DNA of 57,125 nt. Origin: Patescibacteria group bacterium. GTDB taxonomy: Bacteria > Patescibacteriota > Minisyncoccia > Phycocordibacterales > PALSA-1337. Below the pieces are notes generated by a model that searched no databases, was not told the DNA's origin, and saw only the letters and a list, made by a program, of their open reading frames with translations. Both the position numbers and the translations under genes were made by a program. Shown here one piece after another: positions 26,367 through 36,221 of the stretch; position 1 is the first letter of the stretch; each line of letters opens with the position of its first letter. The stretch is taken from NCBI GenBank assembly GCA_018970245.1, contig JAGWWT010000005.1:1-57125 (forward strand), given 5' to 3'.

Positions 26367-27250
26367 CTCAGTGTCATGCCTAGCCATTTTTTTAGACGCG
26401 CAGTCTTATCTCCAAGATTCCGCAATATAAGATGGATGATGAGACTGACAGCCGATCGCACATAGATTTCTTGTGGCATAGGCTTTTCTTTCGGGACAGC
26501 GACGATGTCGTAGCTCAATGACTGGCCGCCTTTCAGGAACCAACCGGGCATGATCAGGATAGTGAGGATCCAAAGCGCCGGGATCTTGCCGAGCATCAAT
26601 GGCCCGTCTGATTCCATGGGCAAAAATATGCCATAGCCGCGCTTTCGGAGGAATCTCTGGATTTCTGCTGGGGAGCGGCCATGCTTCTTCATGGCCGAAG
26701 GGAAGATCTCGATCACGAAGACAGGCCGGCTTTCTTTGATGAGGCGCGCGGCTCCATCGAGGGCTTCGGCTTCCATGCCTTCAATGTCGAGCTTTACTAG
26801 ATCTGCGCGGCTGACTTCGGAGTCGAGGGTGGTGACATCGATCGAGCCGCCGTGCTCAGTGTCAATGGTCTGTGAGGTAGCTAGCCCATCAGAGAGCGGC
26901 GCGAGCGAAGCTTTTCCGATGGATGCACCGAGGCCCTTATTACGCGCGTCGATATTGGATCGTCCATTGAGGCTGACATTCTTTGCCAGGAACACGAATG
27001 TCTCCGGCGAAGGCTCGAAGGCGATGACCTCCTTGCACATCTCAGAAAGCGGCACCGAATACGTTCCGATGTGGGCGCCTCCATCGACCATGGTCGATCT
27101 AGCCGTGAGAAAAGCGCTTATGGTCTTCAGACCGGACTCTCGCTGGGGATAGACCGGCAGCTTCAAGTCGCGGAAGATCTTTGGGTCGCGCTTGGGATCG
27201 ACGGCGTAGGTGCCTCGAGCGCTTTTGACTATAGTCTCTCCCTGATTCAT
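26363..27250 (-). CDS. FkbM-family methyltransferase
   Basis: It has 'MVDGGAHIGTYS', 'VIAFEPSPETF' and 'LVKLDIEGMEAEAL'. Confidence 0.8.
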   Translation of the reverse strand: MNQGETIVKSARGTYAVDPKRDPKIFRDLKLPVYPQRESGLKTISAFLTARSTMVDGGAHIGTYSVPLSEMCKEVIAFEPSPETFVFLAKNVSLNGRSNIDARNKGLGASIGKASLAPLSDGLATSQTIDTEHGGSIDVTTLDSEVSRADLVKLDIEGMEAEALDGAARLIKESRPVFVIEIFPSAMKKHGRSPAEIQRFLRKRGYGIFLPMESDGPLMLGKIPALWILTILIMPGWFLKGGQSLSYDIVAVPKEKPMPQEIYVRSAVSLIIHLILRNLGDKTARLKKWLGMTLR

Positions 27251-27281
27251 AGTATGGCAGTATACGCTATAATCATCGTAT

Positions 27282-28400
27282 ATGCGATTGATATATCTAA
27301 CTGGGCTCGACTATCCGTCGGAAACCGCTACCAACCGGCAGGCTATGTCTATGGCGGCTGCTTTCTATGGACGGCTAGGCGAAGGGTTCGTTTTCGTAGC
27401 CAATTCGATCCGTGACCTCGAAGGGTTCGGGCCGATTCCTATGCTCGAGATATCATGCCGCTGGCCGCGCGGAAAGTCCGTGTACAGCGCCTGGTGGCTG
27501 TTAAAACACGCGCGCAAGCTTATGGACGGCGACCGTGACACAGTTATCTATACGAAAGACTCATATCTCTGCATTCTCGCCCTGTTGCTGCGGCCATTCT
27601 TCGGCTATCGCGTCGCTTTTGAATCCCACTTGATCTATCACAGCTTCCGCGACCGCTTCATCGCCAGGTCCGCTGACGCGATCTTTACGGTGACGTCCTT
27701 TCTGAGATCGAGCTTAGTGAAGGATTATGGCGCGAAAGAGACGCGCGTAGCTATCATGCCGGATGCGGTCGATCTGGATATATTCGATGTGCAAATGGAC
27801 CGCGCATCGGCACGGAAGGGGTTGGACCTTCCTCTGGACAAGACCCTCTTCGTATATACTGGCCGTTTCAAGACGCTCGGCATGGACAAGGGGATCATGA
27901 CGGCTCTATCGGCTCTGAAAGCCATGAATGACCAGAGGCTCATGCTCGTAGCTGTCGGCGGATCGGCATCCGATGTCAAAGAATATCAGATAGTTGCCAA
28001 CCGTTTAGGGATCGGAATCCAGGCCATATTCCTCGGGTATGTATCCCAATCCAAACTGGCGCTCTTTCAGAAGGCGGCTGACGCTCTGATCATGCCATTT
28101 CCGTTCACGGAGCATTTTGCTTTATATATGTCGCCATTGAAGATGTTCGAGTATATGGCGAGCAAAGTCCCTATCATCGCTTCTGATCTTCCGGCTGTGC
28201 GCGATATCCTGGACGATTCGACGGCTGTCATCGTCAAGCCAGGCGATCCTGAGAGCTTGGCCGAGGCCATGAAGAAGGTCGCTTACGGCGCGCGCTTGCT
28301 TGATGGATTGGCTCTGGCCGCCTATGAGAAAGTCAAAGGCTTCACCTGGCAGAAGCGCGCGGAGAAGATCATTGGATCCCTTTTTGAGCGTTCAGACTGA
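27282..28400 (+). CDS. Glycosyltransferase family 4
   Basis: It has 'MRLIYLTGLDYPSE' and a C-terminal EX7E-like segment 'SPLKMFEYMASKVPIIAS'. A TATAAT box at 27268-27273 sits 8 nt before the ATG. Confidence 0.8.
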   Translation: MRLIYLTGLDYPSETATNRQAMSMAAAFYGRLGEGFVFVANSIRDLEGFGPIPMLEISCRWPRGKSVYSAWWLLKHARKLMDGDRDTVIYTKDSYLCILALLLRPFFGYRVAFESHLIYHSFRDRFIARSADAIFTVTSFLRSSLVKDYGAKETRVAIMPDAVDLDIFDVQMDRASARKGLDLPLDKTLFVYTGRFKTLGMDKGIMTALSALKAMNDQRLMLVAVGGSASDVKEYQIVANRLGIGIQAIFLGYVSQSKLALFQKAADALIMPFPFTEHFALYMSPLKMFEYMASKVPIIASDLPAVRDILDDSTAVIVKPGDPESLAEAMKKVAYGARLLDGLALAAYEKVKGFTWQKRAEKIIGSLFERSD

Positions 28401-28401
28401 T

Positions 28402-29451
28402 ATGCGCGTCCTCCTTATCACAAATCATCTTGATGGCACTGACGGCTGGAGCAGATACGGCCTCGATCTTTATAATGAATTGAAGCGAAGAGGGTTAGAG
28501 GTTGATTGCGAGTGCTTCGATGATCCTATGAGCTATCTTTGCGATGCAAGCGCCTCGAAAGCGGCGGCTCTGAGGCTGCAGTCAGCGGTCGATCGCTTCA
28601 AGCCCGACATCGTGCATATAGTAGTCGAACCGCTTCAATCGCTGCTCCCATTCATAGAGTTGCCGGACAAGGTTCGAGTGGTCGCGACCATCCATGGCAC
28701 ATATTCGTTCACCCCTGCGCTTTTCAGGGATCCGATGAAGAAGATCATGGCGAGCTTGACCTATTGGAAGGTTGCGAAAGAGATCGACCGATTCATATCA
28801 GTGAGCTCTTACACAAAAGAAAAGCTGCACGAGCATTGGCTAGCGAAGCTGTCCGGGGCTTATGGGAAAACAGTGGTCGTCGACAATGCTATAGACTTGA
28901 GCGCTATCAGATCGAATGATCGGAGCCATCAGAAGCGCATATTGTTCGTCGGGGCGATCAAGCCTAGGAAGGGGATAGGCAATCTTTTGAAGGCGTTCGA
29001 TCTGTATGCAAGGAAGTACGGTCCGGATGCTGCATTGGATATCGTCGGCTCTGGAGACACTAGCTCGATCCCCATAGGCCCGAGCATCAAAGTCCATGGC
29101 CGCGTAAGCGACGAAGCGCTCGACAGGCTGTATTCGACTGCTGGTGTTTTTGTCCTATTAGCTATTCCAGACAGGAAAACCTTCGAAGGCTTCGGCTTGG
29201 TCTACCTCGAAGCCAACGCCCGCGGCGTCCCCACGATCGGTTCGCGCGATTCGGGAGCCCGCGATGCCATCGTCCATGGTAAGACAGGCTATCTTGTGGA
29301 TGACCCGAATGACCCAGAAGAATGCGCTCGGTATCTCCAAATGATATTGGATGAGAAAGCGATCGATCCGGATGATTGCCGGGAATGGGCACAGCAGCAC
29401 GATATCAAGATTGCCGCCGAGAAGATTATCAGGTTATATCAAGGCCGATGA
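28402..29451 (+). CDS. Glycosyltransferase family 4
   Basis: It has 'MRVLLITNHLDGTDGWSRY' and 'FEGFGLVYLEANARGVPTIGS'. The start was moved to ATG 28402, adjacent to the upstream stop. Confidence 0.85.
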   Translation: MRVLLITNHLDGTDGWSRYGLDLYNELKRRGLEVDCECFDDPMSYLCDASASKAAALRLQSAVDRFKPDIVHIVVEPLQSLLPFIELPDKVRVVATIHGTYSFTPALFRDPMKKIMASLTYWKVAKEIDRFISVSSYTKEKLHEHWLAKLSGAYGKTVVVDNAIDLSAIRSNDRSHQKRILFVGAIKPRKGIGNLLKAFDLYARKYGPDAALDIVGSGDTSSIPIGPSIKVHGRVSDEALDRLYSTAGVFVLLAIPDRKTFEGFGLVYLEANARGVPTIGSRDSGARDAIVHGKTGYLVDDPNDPEECARYLQMILDEKAIDPDDCREWAQQHDIKIAAEKIIRLYQGR

Positions 29452-30692
29452 AGATCCTAGTCCTACAAGACGATTTTCCGCCTCAGAGCTTCGGCGGTGC
29501 CGGGATCGTGGCTTTCGATCTGGCCAAGGAGATGCAGAAGCGCGGCCATGAAGTCCGGGTGGTCACCACGGTCCGCAAAGATTCTGATGCGGGAAAGTCA
29601 GAATATGAAGGACTGGCAGTCCATCGGTTGGCATCAGATTATGATATGAGATGGCAGGCATTCAGATGCTTGAAGAATCCCCGGACGATCCATGAGCTAG
29701 AGGCGATCATCGCCGAATTCAAACCGGATATCGTCCATGCCCATAACATCCACGCGCACTTGTCCTATTATTCTCTGGCGCTCGCCAAAAGATCCGGAGC
29801 GAAGGTGATCCTGACTTGCCATGACGTCATGACGTTCCATTTCGGCAAGTTCACCGAATTCATAGATTTCAACGATCGTTCGATCCCCAAGAGCTTCGAT
29901 TACCGCATAAGCCCATTGAGGCAACTGCGTGCGTACCGGTTCAGATACAATCCTTTTAGGAATTTCATGATCCGCCGGATCCTCAAAAGATATGTCGACC
30001 ATGTCGTGGCCGTGAGCGATTCGCTCAAGCAGGCGATGGAGGCGAATGGGATTCATGGAGTCGAACGCATCTATAACGGCATCGACGTGAATAGCTGGCA
30101 GATCGGCCGCGAAGAAACAGAATCATTTAAGAATCGATTTGGATTGGTCGGCAGGAAAGTCGTGATGTTCTCTGGTCGCTTGGAAGGAGCCAAAGGCGCC
30201 TGGGAGCTCTTCAAGTCTTTCGAGAAGGTCGCGTCGAAGATCGCCGACGCGCGGCTATTGGTCGTGGCCAAGCGCGATGCATCAGCTGAGTCCAAACTCG
30301 AGTACGCCAAAGCGCACGGATTCGCCGATAAGGTCGTCTTCACCGGCTGGCTCTCCGGCCGTGAATTGCATGCAGCTTATTCAGCAGCAGATGTGGTCGT
30401 CAATCCATCTGTATGCCTCGATACCTTTGGTCTCGTGAATATCGAAGCCATGGCTCTCTCGAAGCCGGTCGTCGCCACCTGCTTCGGCGGCTCGCCGGAG
30501 ATCGTCGTCGATGGCGAGACAGGCTATATCGTGAATCCGTTCGATGTTGGGACGCTAGCAGACCGAATATCAGGTCATTTATCTGACACGACAAAATCTT
30601 CACGCTTTGGCAAAGCTGGATATGAACGCGTTCAAAGTTACTTCACTTTAGCTATGCAGTCAGATTCTTATGAGCGATTATACACTGCTTGA
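29448..30692 (+). CDS. Glycosyltransferase family 4
   Basis: There is an ATGA overlap with the upstream stop. It has 'MKILVLQDDFPPQSFGGAGIVAFDL' and 'DTFGLVNIEAMALSKPVVAT'. Confidence 0.85.
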   Translation: MKILVLQDDFPPQSFGGAGIVAFDLAKEMQKRGHEVRVVTTVRKDSDAGKSEYEGLAVHRLASDYDMRWQAFRCLKNPRTIHELEAIIAEFKPDIVHAHNIHAHLSYYSLALAKRSGAKVILTCHDVMTFHFGKFTEFIDFNDRSIPKSFDYRISPLRQLRAYRFRYNPFRNFMIRRILKRYVDHVVAVSDSLKQAMEANGIHGVERIYNGIDVNSWQIGREETESFKNRFGLVGRKVVMFSGRLEGAKGAWELFKSFEKVASKIADARLLVVAKRDASAESKLEYAKAHGFADKVVFTGWLSGRELHAAYSAADVVVNPSVCLDTFGLVNIEAMALSKPVVATCFGGSPEIVVDGETGYIVNPFDVGTLADRISGHLSDTTKSSRFGKAGYERVQSYFTLAMQSDSYERLYTA

Positions 30693-30699
30693 TCTTCTA

Positions 30700-31389
30700 T
30701 TATTTTGTGGCAGCTATCTTTCGCGACTTTCTATTCTCTGAAATGATCATAACGGAACGGAATCTTGATTTGAAAAGATCTAAACCGTCTGTACCGTTTC
30801 TTAAATCGGTAATAACAATGCCGCCGGGGTTGAGACCCTCATAAACATCATCCAAGTATGTATCTACAGGATAATGTGCCCCCCACGACATTATAGAGAC
30901 TACCAAGTCGAACTTTTCTTTAGGAAAACCTCTGGACACCGGCCAGGAAGTCACATGATGCCCGCCATTTTTCTCGACCAGGTCTTTTGCTACATCTAGA
31001 GAATTATAAAATGAGCCTTTCTTTTCGAATCCGTAATGAATCTTTTTATCAGTTGTCGTCTCGTCAAAGAGGAAAATCTCGGCATCAGGATACCTTTGTG
31101 CCAATAATGCGTCGATACCTCCTACGCCGCATCCGATATCCAAGATTTTTTTAGCTGTTGGCGGTAAATAGGGCTGTATTTCGTTATATTCCTGTTCAAT
31201 ACCCTTGGAGAAATCTTTCGAAATCGCCTTAGCACGGAAAAAACTGTCAAGATTTACGTACATTTTGTATACGGGCGGTTTTGTCAGCCAATCAAAGAGT
31301 GGCCTAAGAGTCTTGGGTATTTTGTATATACTGGACAATCCCGTTCTTTGGTACAGAATAAAAGGGATTGCTTGAAATGGTACGTTCAT
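30700..31389 (-). CDS. Class I SAM-dependent methyltransferase
   Basis: Motif I is 'ILDIGCGVGGIDALLA', followed by 'IFLFDE'. Confidence 0.75.
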   Translation of the reverse strand: MNVPFQAIPFILYQRTGLSSIYKIPKTLRPLFDWLTKPPVYKMYVNLDSFFRAKAISKDFSKGIEQEYNEIQPYLPPTAKKILDIGCGVGGIDALLAQRYPDAEIFLFDETTTDKKIHYGFEKKGSFYNSLDVAKDLVEKNGGHHVTSWPVSRGFPKEKFDLVVSIMSWGAHYPVDTYLDDVYEGLNPGGIVITDLRNGTDGLDLFKSRFRSVMIISENRKSRKIAATK

Positions 31390-31442
31390 GAGGGTAGTCT
31401 ATCATTACTTAATGTGCATGCAAATTATCCGCGTCTTGTGAT

Positions 31443-32513
31443 ATGCTTTCCCTCATGTCAATAAGCGCCGATAACTTCAACCCCCATCCTCGCCTCATCG
31501 AGCATCTGGTCGGCAAAAAAGTTTTTTCGAAATCGCCACTGATTGTCGTCGACGTCGGCGCGCGGGGAGGGGCGGGAAGGGAATGGTCCGTATATGGAGA
31601 CCAGTATGAGCTCATCGGCTTCGAAGCCGACCCTGAAGAATGCGATAAGCTGAATCGCGTGGCACCGGATAATGAGTGCTATTATCCTGCTATTTTGTGG
31701 TCTAAACGAGGCAAGAGGCGATTCTATATCCACGAGAAGCATCCGCCGACATCGAGCTTGTATGATTCGGATGAGGAATTCCTTTCGCGTTTTCCTGGCT
31801 GGAAACCATTTATGCCGACAAGGAAGGTCTTGCTCGATGTCACGGATTTCAGCTCGTTCGCACGGAAGAACGGCATAACCGAAGCCGATGCCATCAAGCT
31901 GGATGCAGAAGGAGCTGAGCTCGAGATATTGAGAGGATTGGGGAAAGGCTTCGAAGAGAAGCTGATCTTCGTGAGCACTGAGGCGAATTTTCGGCCATGG
32001 GGCAAGGGATCGGCAGGATTCGCAGAGCTTGATATATTCATGCGCGAGAGGGGATTCGTCCTAGGGGATCTGCCGATCTTCCGATGGGAGAAGAAAGCCA
32101 CTTCGCCATACATGTTCACTGACGGCATATTCGGACCGACCGACAGAGGACAGATCGCTTTGACTCAAGCCATATATTTCAAGGATGCAGTCATCGAATT
32201 GCGAGACCCAAAGAAAAAGAAAAGATGGAGCGCAGAAAGGACCTTGAAGCTCGCTAGCCTTTTGGAGCTGTATAACCTGGAAGATGCCGCTATCGAGCTG
32301 CTGCTCGAGGCTGATCGATCGGGCATCCTTAAAGCATATGATGTCGGGAAAATGATCGACCTTCTAACGCCGCTCGTCGATGGAAAAGAGGCGACTTATG
32401 ATCAATATGTCGAGCATGTGCGCCGCGAGGGCCCACCTCGCTACATCGCCGGACGCCGGGTCAGCCAAGCCGAGTATGCGGCGCACCTTAAGAAGATGAG
32501 AGAGGGGAAATAG
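31443..32513 (+). CDS. FkbM-family methyltransferase
   Basis: It has 'VVDVGARGGAG', 'IGFEADPEECDKLN' and 'IKLDAEGAELEIL'. Confidence 0.75.
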   Translation: MLSLMSISADNFNPHPRLIEHLVGKKVFSKSPLIVVDVGARGGAGREWSVYGDQYELIGFEADPEECDKLNRVAPDNECYYPAILWSKRGKRRFYIHEKHPPTSSLYDSDEEFLSRFPGWKPFMPTRKVLLDVTDFSSFARKNGITEADAIKLDAEGAELEILRGLGKGFEEKLIFVSTEANFRPWGKGSAGFAELDIFMRERGFVLGDLPIFRWEKKATSPYMFTDGIFGPTDRGQIALTQAIYFKDAVIELRDPKKKKRWSAERTLKLASLLELYNLEDAAIELLLEADRSGILKAYDVGKMIDLLTPLVDGKEATYDQYVEHVRREGPPRYIAGRRVSQAEYAAHLKKMREGK

Positions 32514-33345
32514 CCCGGACCCGCATCCTATCATGGTACGCATCGATCATCTGCTTGATGCCCGCTTCTAGGCTCACTTCAGCTTTCCAGCCTGGTACCA
32601 GATCATGGCTCGGCATATCTTTGTGGGAAGCGCCGTTTTTCGTGCCCGGGATGACTTTTGCGCCGGTGAGCTTCGCTATGGTATCGGCTACTTCAAGTAT
32701 CGATGTCCATCGGCCGGATGTTATGTCGTATATGCCGCCCTTGATCTCCTCAGAGATCATCTTATGATATGCGCGCATGCTGTCTTCGATATGGACGAAC
32801 TGCCTTTCTTCCTTGCCGTTCGTCATCATCTTGATCACGCCCGTCGATATGGCTTGATGGATGAAGTCGCTTATGACCTTGGTCCGGTCATCTATCTCCT
32901 CAAGGACGCCGAAGACATTCCACTGCCTGGCCCAAACACCATTAGGGAGGAGCCTGGTCCAGATCTCGCCCAGTCTTTTGGTCGATCCATAGGGCGTGCC
33001 GTATTCTTCGGCATATTGGCTAGAAAGGAAGAAGAAGGGTACCTCTGACTTTTCCAATTGGGGCATGACATTCTCGAGGAGCTTCAGATTCCATTCCAAT
33101 TGGCGGATAAGCTGAGATTTGTCACCGAAAAGATACTTGGCCCCCCCGACATCCCAAGCGATAAAATAGACCCGATCTACGTCTTTCAATGGCAATTTCG
33201 CGAAGCGGGCGTCTTCTTTCTCGCTGCGCTTAATATCGAAGGGGATCACCTTCTCTCCTTTCGCTTCGAGGAATCGCGTGAATGCAGAGCCGACATATCC
33301 GCTAGAGCCCAGGACGAGATTTTTGATCGTTCTTTTATTTTTCAT
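32488..33345 (-). CDS. NAD(P)-dependent sugar epimerase/reductase (SDR family)
   Basis: It has 'LVLGSSGYVGSAF' and the catalytic 'YGSTK'. The substrate is unknown. Confidence 0.7.
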   Translation of the reverse strand: MKNKRTIKNLVLGSSGYVGSAFTRFLEAKGEKVIPFDIKRSEKEDARFAKLPLKDVDRVYFIAWDVGGAKYLFGDKSQLIRQLEWNLKLLENVMPQLEKSEVPFFFLSSQYAEEYGTPYGSTKRLGEIWTRLLPNGVWARQWNVFGVLEEIDDRTKVISDFIHQAISTGVIKMMTNGKEERQFVHIEDSMRAYHKMISEEIKGGIYDITSGRWTSILEVADTIAKLTGAKVIPGTKNGASHKDMPSHDLVPGWKAEVSLEAGIKQMIDAYHDRMRVRAISPLSSS

Positions 33346-33375
33346 ATCACATAAGGATGGTATATACTTGTTCCG

Positions 33376-34413
33376 ATGTCAATACAAGAATCTGAGTGTC
33401 CGCCGATCTTATTCATTATCTATCGACGTCCTGAGACGACCAGGAAGGTCTTCGAGGCGATAAGGATGGCTAGGCCGTCCAAGCTTTTCGTGAGCCAGGA
33501 TGCCATGCGGCCGGATAAGCCCGGACAAGCTGAGGCGCATGCGAAAGCCCGATCCATCGCAATGGATGTCGATTGGCCATGCGAGGTGAAGACGCTATTC
33601 TTCGACGAATGGCAGGGCATCATCCAGGGCTTCAAGAAATCTCTCGATTGGTTTTTCGAGAATGTCGAAGAAGGGATCATGTTAGAAGACGACGAGATCC
33701 CTGACCAGTCATATTTCCGTTTTGCCGCGGAGATGCTGGAGCGCTATCGCGACGACGAGCGCGTCATGTCCATAAACGGAAGCAACGCTCTGCAATATTT
33801 TGACAAGCCTTACCGAGAACATAGCTATTATTTCCTTTCCGTGCCGTGCGTCTGGGGCATGGCCACCTGGCGGCGCGCCTGGAAGCACTATGATCCTTAC
33901 ATAATGGATTGGCCGAAAGTCCGCGATAGCAAGCTCTTGTATGAGATCCTGCCGAGCGCTCGCGCGGCTTTCTATTTCAGCCAGAAGTTCCAAGAGTATT
34001 ACGAACGGAAGACCAATAGCTGGGATGGGCAGTGGATATTCGCCTCGATCGCGAACAGGGGGCTTTCAATTTATCCGTCTACTAATCTAGTCTCCAATAT
34101 CGGATTCGGCAGCGCCAATGCTTTGCATGATATGTTGCCAGGAGACAAGCTTTGGGCCGATCTGCCGAATGAGCCGCTGTCTTTTCCGCTAAGACATCCT
34201 TCTCGGGTGGCCGTGAATAAAAAATGGGACGAATATGCCATTATGATAAGATATCCGAAATCTGTCATGAGCATAGCCCAGCGGTTAAAATTCAAGATGG
34301 CTTCTCTCTCTCCTAAGACATACATGTGCGCAAAGAAAGCTTTCGACAAGTTTTTTCATCGAGGAAGATCGTTATCAGCAGATTACAGCAAAGAGCTCAG
34401 CTTACTGCCTTGA
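33376..34413 (+). CDS. Nucleotide-diphospho-sugar transferase (GT-A fold, GNT-I-like)
   Basis: 'ILFIIYRRPETTRKVFEAI' (Rossmann start), 'MLEDDEIP' (DxD-like) and 'SVPCVWGMATWRRAW'. A TATACT box at 33363-33368 sits 8 nt before the ATG. Confidence 0.6.
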   Translation: MSIQESECPPILFIIYRRPETTRKVFEAIRMARPSKLFVSQDAMRPDKPGQAEAHAKARSIAMDVDWPCEVKTLFFDEWQGIIQGFKKSLDWFFENVEEGIMLEDDEIPDQSYFRFAAEMLERYRDDERVMSINGSNALQYFDKPYREHSYYFLSVPCVWGMATWRRAWKHYDPYIMDWPKVRDSKLLYEILPSARAAFYFSQKFQEYYERKTNSWDGQWIFASIANRGLSIYPSTNLVSNIGFGSANALHDMLPGDKLWADLPNEPLSFPLRHPSRVAVNKKWDEYAIMIRYPKSVMSIAQRLKFKMASLSPKTYMCAKKAFDKFFHRGRSLSADYSKELSLLP

Positions 34414-35379
34414 ACGTCTTCTGTAGATTAGGTGGATCAATCTGGACAAGAATTCGCGGCGCAGATCCCTGTAACATAGTCGGGCTTCATGCAGCTCCCT
34501 CTCGTTTCGCGCGCCGTTCCGTCCGTACGCGCGGACCAATGAAAGGTGATCTCTTAGAGCAGACAGCGCATCCCGAATCTTCATATCGTGTCCATTGACC
34601 AGATTTACTAGATCGATCAGCCGCGGACGGGGCAAGATCATATACTTGGCCAGGTTCCGTTCGTTGATCTGGTAGGAGTTCTCGGCTTGGATATTCTGGG
34701 TAGGCGATGATCTGGCCGAAACTGATCCCGGTTGGTTGCGGAACTTGATGAGCACTTCAGGGATATTGGCGAGCTCGCAGCCGGCATCCGCGAATCGGCA
34801 CCATAGATCGTAATCTTCAGCATACAGATATTTCGTATCATATCCGCCGAGCTTATCGAAAGCAGCTTTGCGCATCATCACAGCGGAATGGATGAATTGT
34901 GTCTGGAGCAAGAGCTTGAAGCGGATACGCTCGTTGCTCTCAGGCTTCATCTTCGTCCTCTGTGGGCTGCCATTCTGGTCGATAACCTGGGCATAAGAGC
35001 CGACAGCCGCAACGTTCGGGTGCGAATCCAGAAAAGCAGCTTGTTTAGCGAAGCGCTCTGGAAGGCACAGGTCATCGGCGTCGAGCACGGCCAGGTATTC
35101 GCCTTTGGCGATTTTGACAGCTTCATTTCGGGCGATGGCTTGGCCGGAATTCTTTGCTAAGTGGATGACTTTAATGCGCGGATCTCTGGCGGCGTACTCG
35201 TCGGCGATGCGGCCAGTCGCGTCTTTGGCTGCGTCATCGGCGATGATGAGCTCCCAATTCGGATATGTCTGCGCTTGCACGCTCTCGATGGCTTCGCCGA
35301 TATATTTCTCGGCGTTATACGCGGCCATGATGACGGAGACTAGAGGTTTGTTGGGATTCGTATCCATGAGTGGGGACAC
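34402..35379 (-). CDS. Glycosyltransferase family 2
   Basis: It has 'VSVIMAAYNAEKYIGEAIESVQAQTY', 'ELIIADDAAKD' and 'AVLDADD'. Confidence 0.85.
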   Translation of the reverse strand: MSPLMDTNPNKPLVSVIMAAYNAEKYIGEAIESVQAQTYPNWELIIADDAAKDATGRIADEYAARDPRIKVIHLAKNSGQAIARNEAVKIAKGEYLAVLDADDLCLPERFAKQAAFLDSHPNVAAVGSYAQVIDQNGSPQRTKMKPESNERIRFKLLLQTQFIHSAVMMRKAAFDKLGGYDTKYLYAEDYDLWCRFADAGCELANIPEVLIKFRNQPGSVSARSSPTQNIQAENSYQINERNLAKYMILPRPRLIDLVNLVNGHDMKIRDALSALRDHLSLVRAYGRNGARNERELHEARLCYRDLRREFLSRLIHLIYRRRSRQ

Positions 35380-36221
35380 ATATCTTTATTCTCTAAGCGC
35401 CGGTCGCGGAACCATGGTATTGGCGCGATAACCATTTTATCAGGTCTTGGGTCGAGCCAAGCACCCCACCATGAGAATGAGCTGTTCGATATGACGTGTC
35501 GGCGGCAGAGGCTCATGAGGCGCATCTCCTCCCAATCCTTGAGGCCGAGCTCGGATACATAGACGGTATCAGCCGGCAGATCGAGCGAGCTCTTTACCCA
35601 GGCGATGTCGTCAGAGAATGCGAAGATCCGCGGATGGCCCAAAGCATCGGCCGCTTTTTGCAGAGCCGCTTTGTAATAATCGGCGCTCTTCGCTCCGATC
35701 ACTTCTGCAGCGCCTCGATGCGTCACATAATCGCCGCGGCGGACATGGAGAGATATGCTTGATTCATCTATCATGCGTTGTAGATCCGAGGCCGCCGAAC
35801 TCAAGAGAGGAAAATTCGAGAAAGCCTTGCGGACCTCATCTTGTACGGAAGCAAAGTACCTCTCGCTCTGCCAATACCCACGGAAGTAAGCGTTTCCGCG
35901 GACCATGAAGACTGAAGGGTCGAAGGTTCCTTGCCTCTCAGATATGTAAATTGGCACCTGCGATTCGAATGCGTGCTTGAAAGCCGAGACCCTCGGGTGC
36001 GCGCGGCCGCGTTGGAAGGCGGCCGATTCTTCGGCTGATGCCAACCGCGCCTCTATGCTGAAGACCTCTTTGAGCCGGTATTCCCGCTTGGTGTCATTCG
36101 GGGTGACGAGCCCCGCGAGGTCGAGCGCGACCTCATCGCCGCTCGATCGCGCAAGGCTGCGCGCAAACGCGTACTGGAACATCTGGTTTCCCAGGCCTCC
36201 TTCTATGCGGATGATCTTCAT
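35340..36221 (-). CDS. Alpha-1,2-fucosyltransferase (GT11)
   Basis: 'GGLGNQMFQYAFARSLA', 'SLHVRRGDY' and 'ISNSSFSWWGAWL' are GT11 signature motifs. Confidence 0.85.
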   Translation of the reverse strand: MKIIRIEGGLGNQMFQYAFARSLARSSGDEVALDLAGLVTPNDTKREYRLKEVFSIEARLASAEESAAFQRGRAHPRVSAFKHAFESQVPIYISERQGTFDPSVFMVRGNAYFRGYWQSERYFASVQDEVRKAFSNFPLLSSAASDLQRMIDESSISLHVRRGDYVTHRGAAEVIGAKSADYYKAALQKAADALGHPRIFAFSDDIAWVKSSLDLPADTVYVSELGLKDWEEMRLMSLCRRHVISNSSFSWWGAWLDPRPDKMVIAPIPWFRDRRLENKDMCPHSWIRIPTNL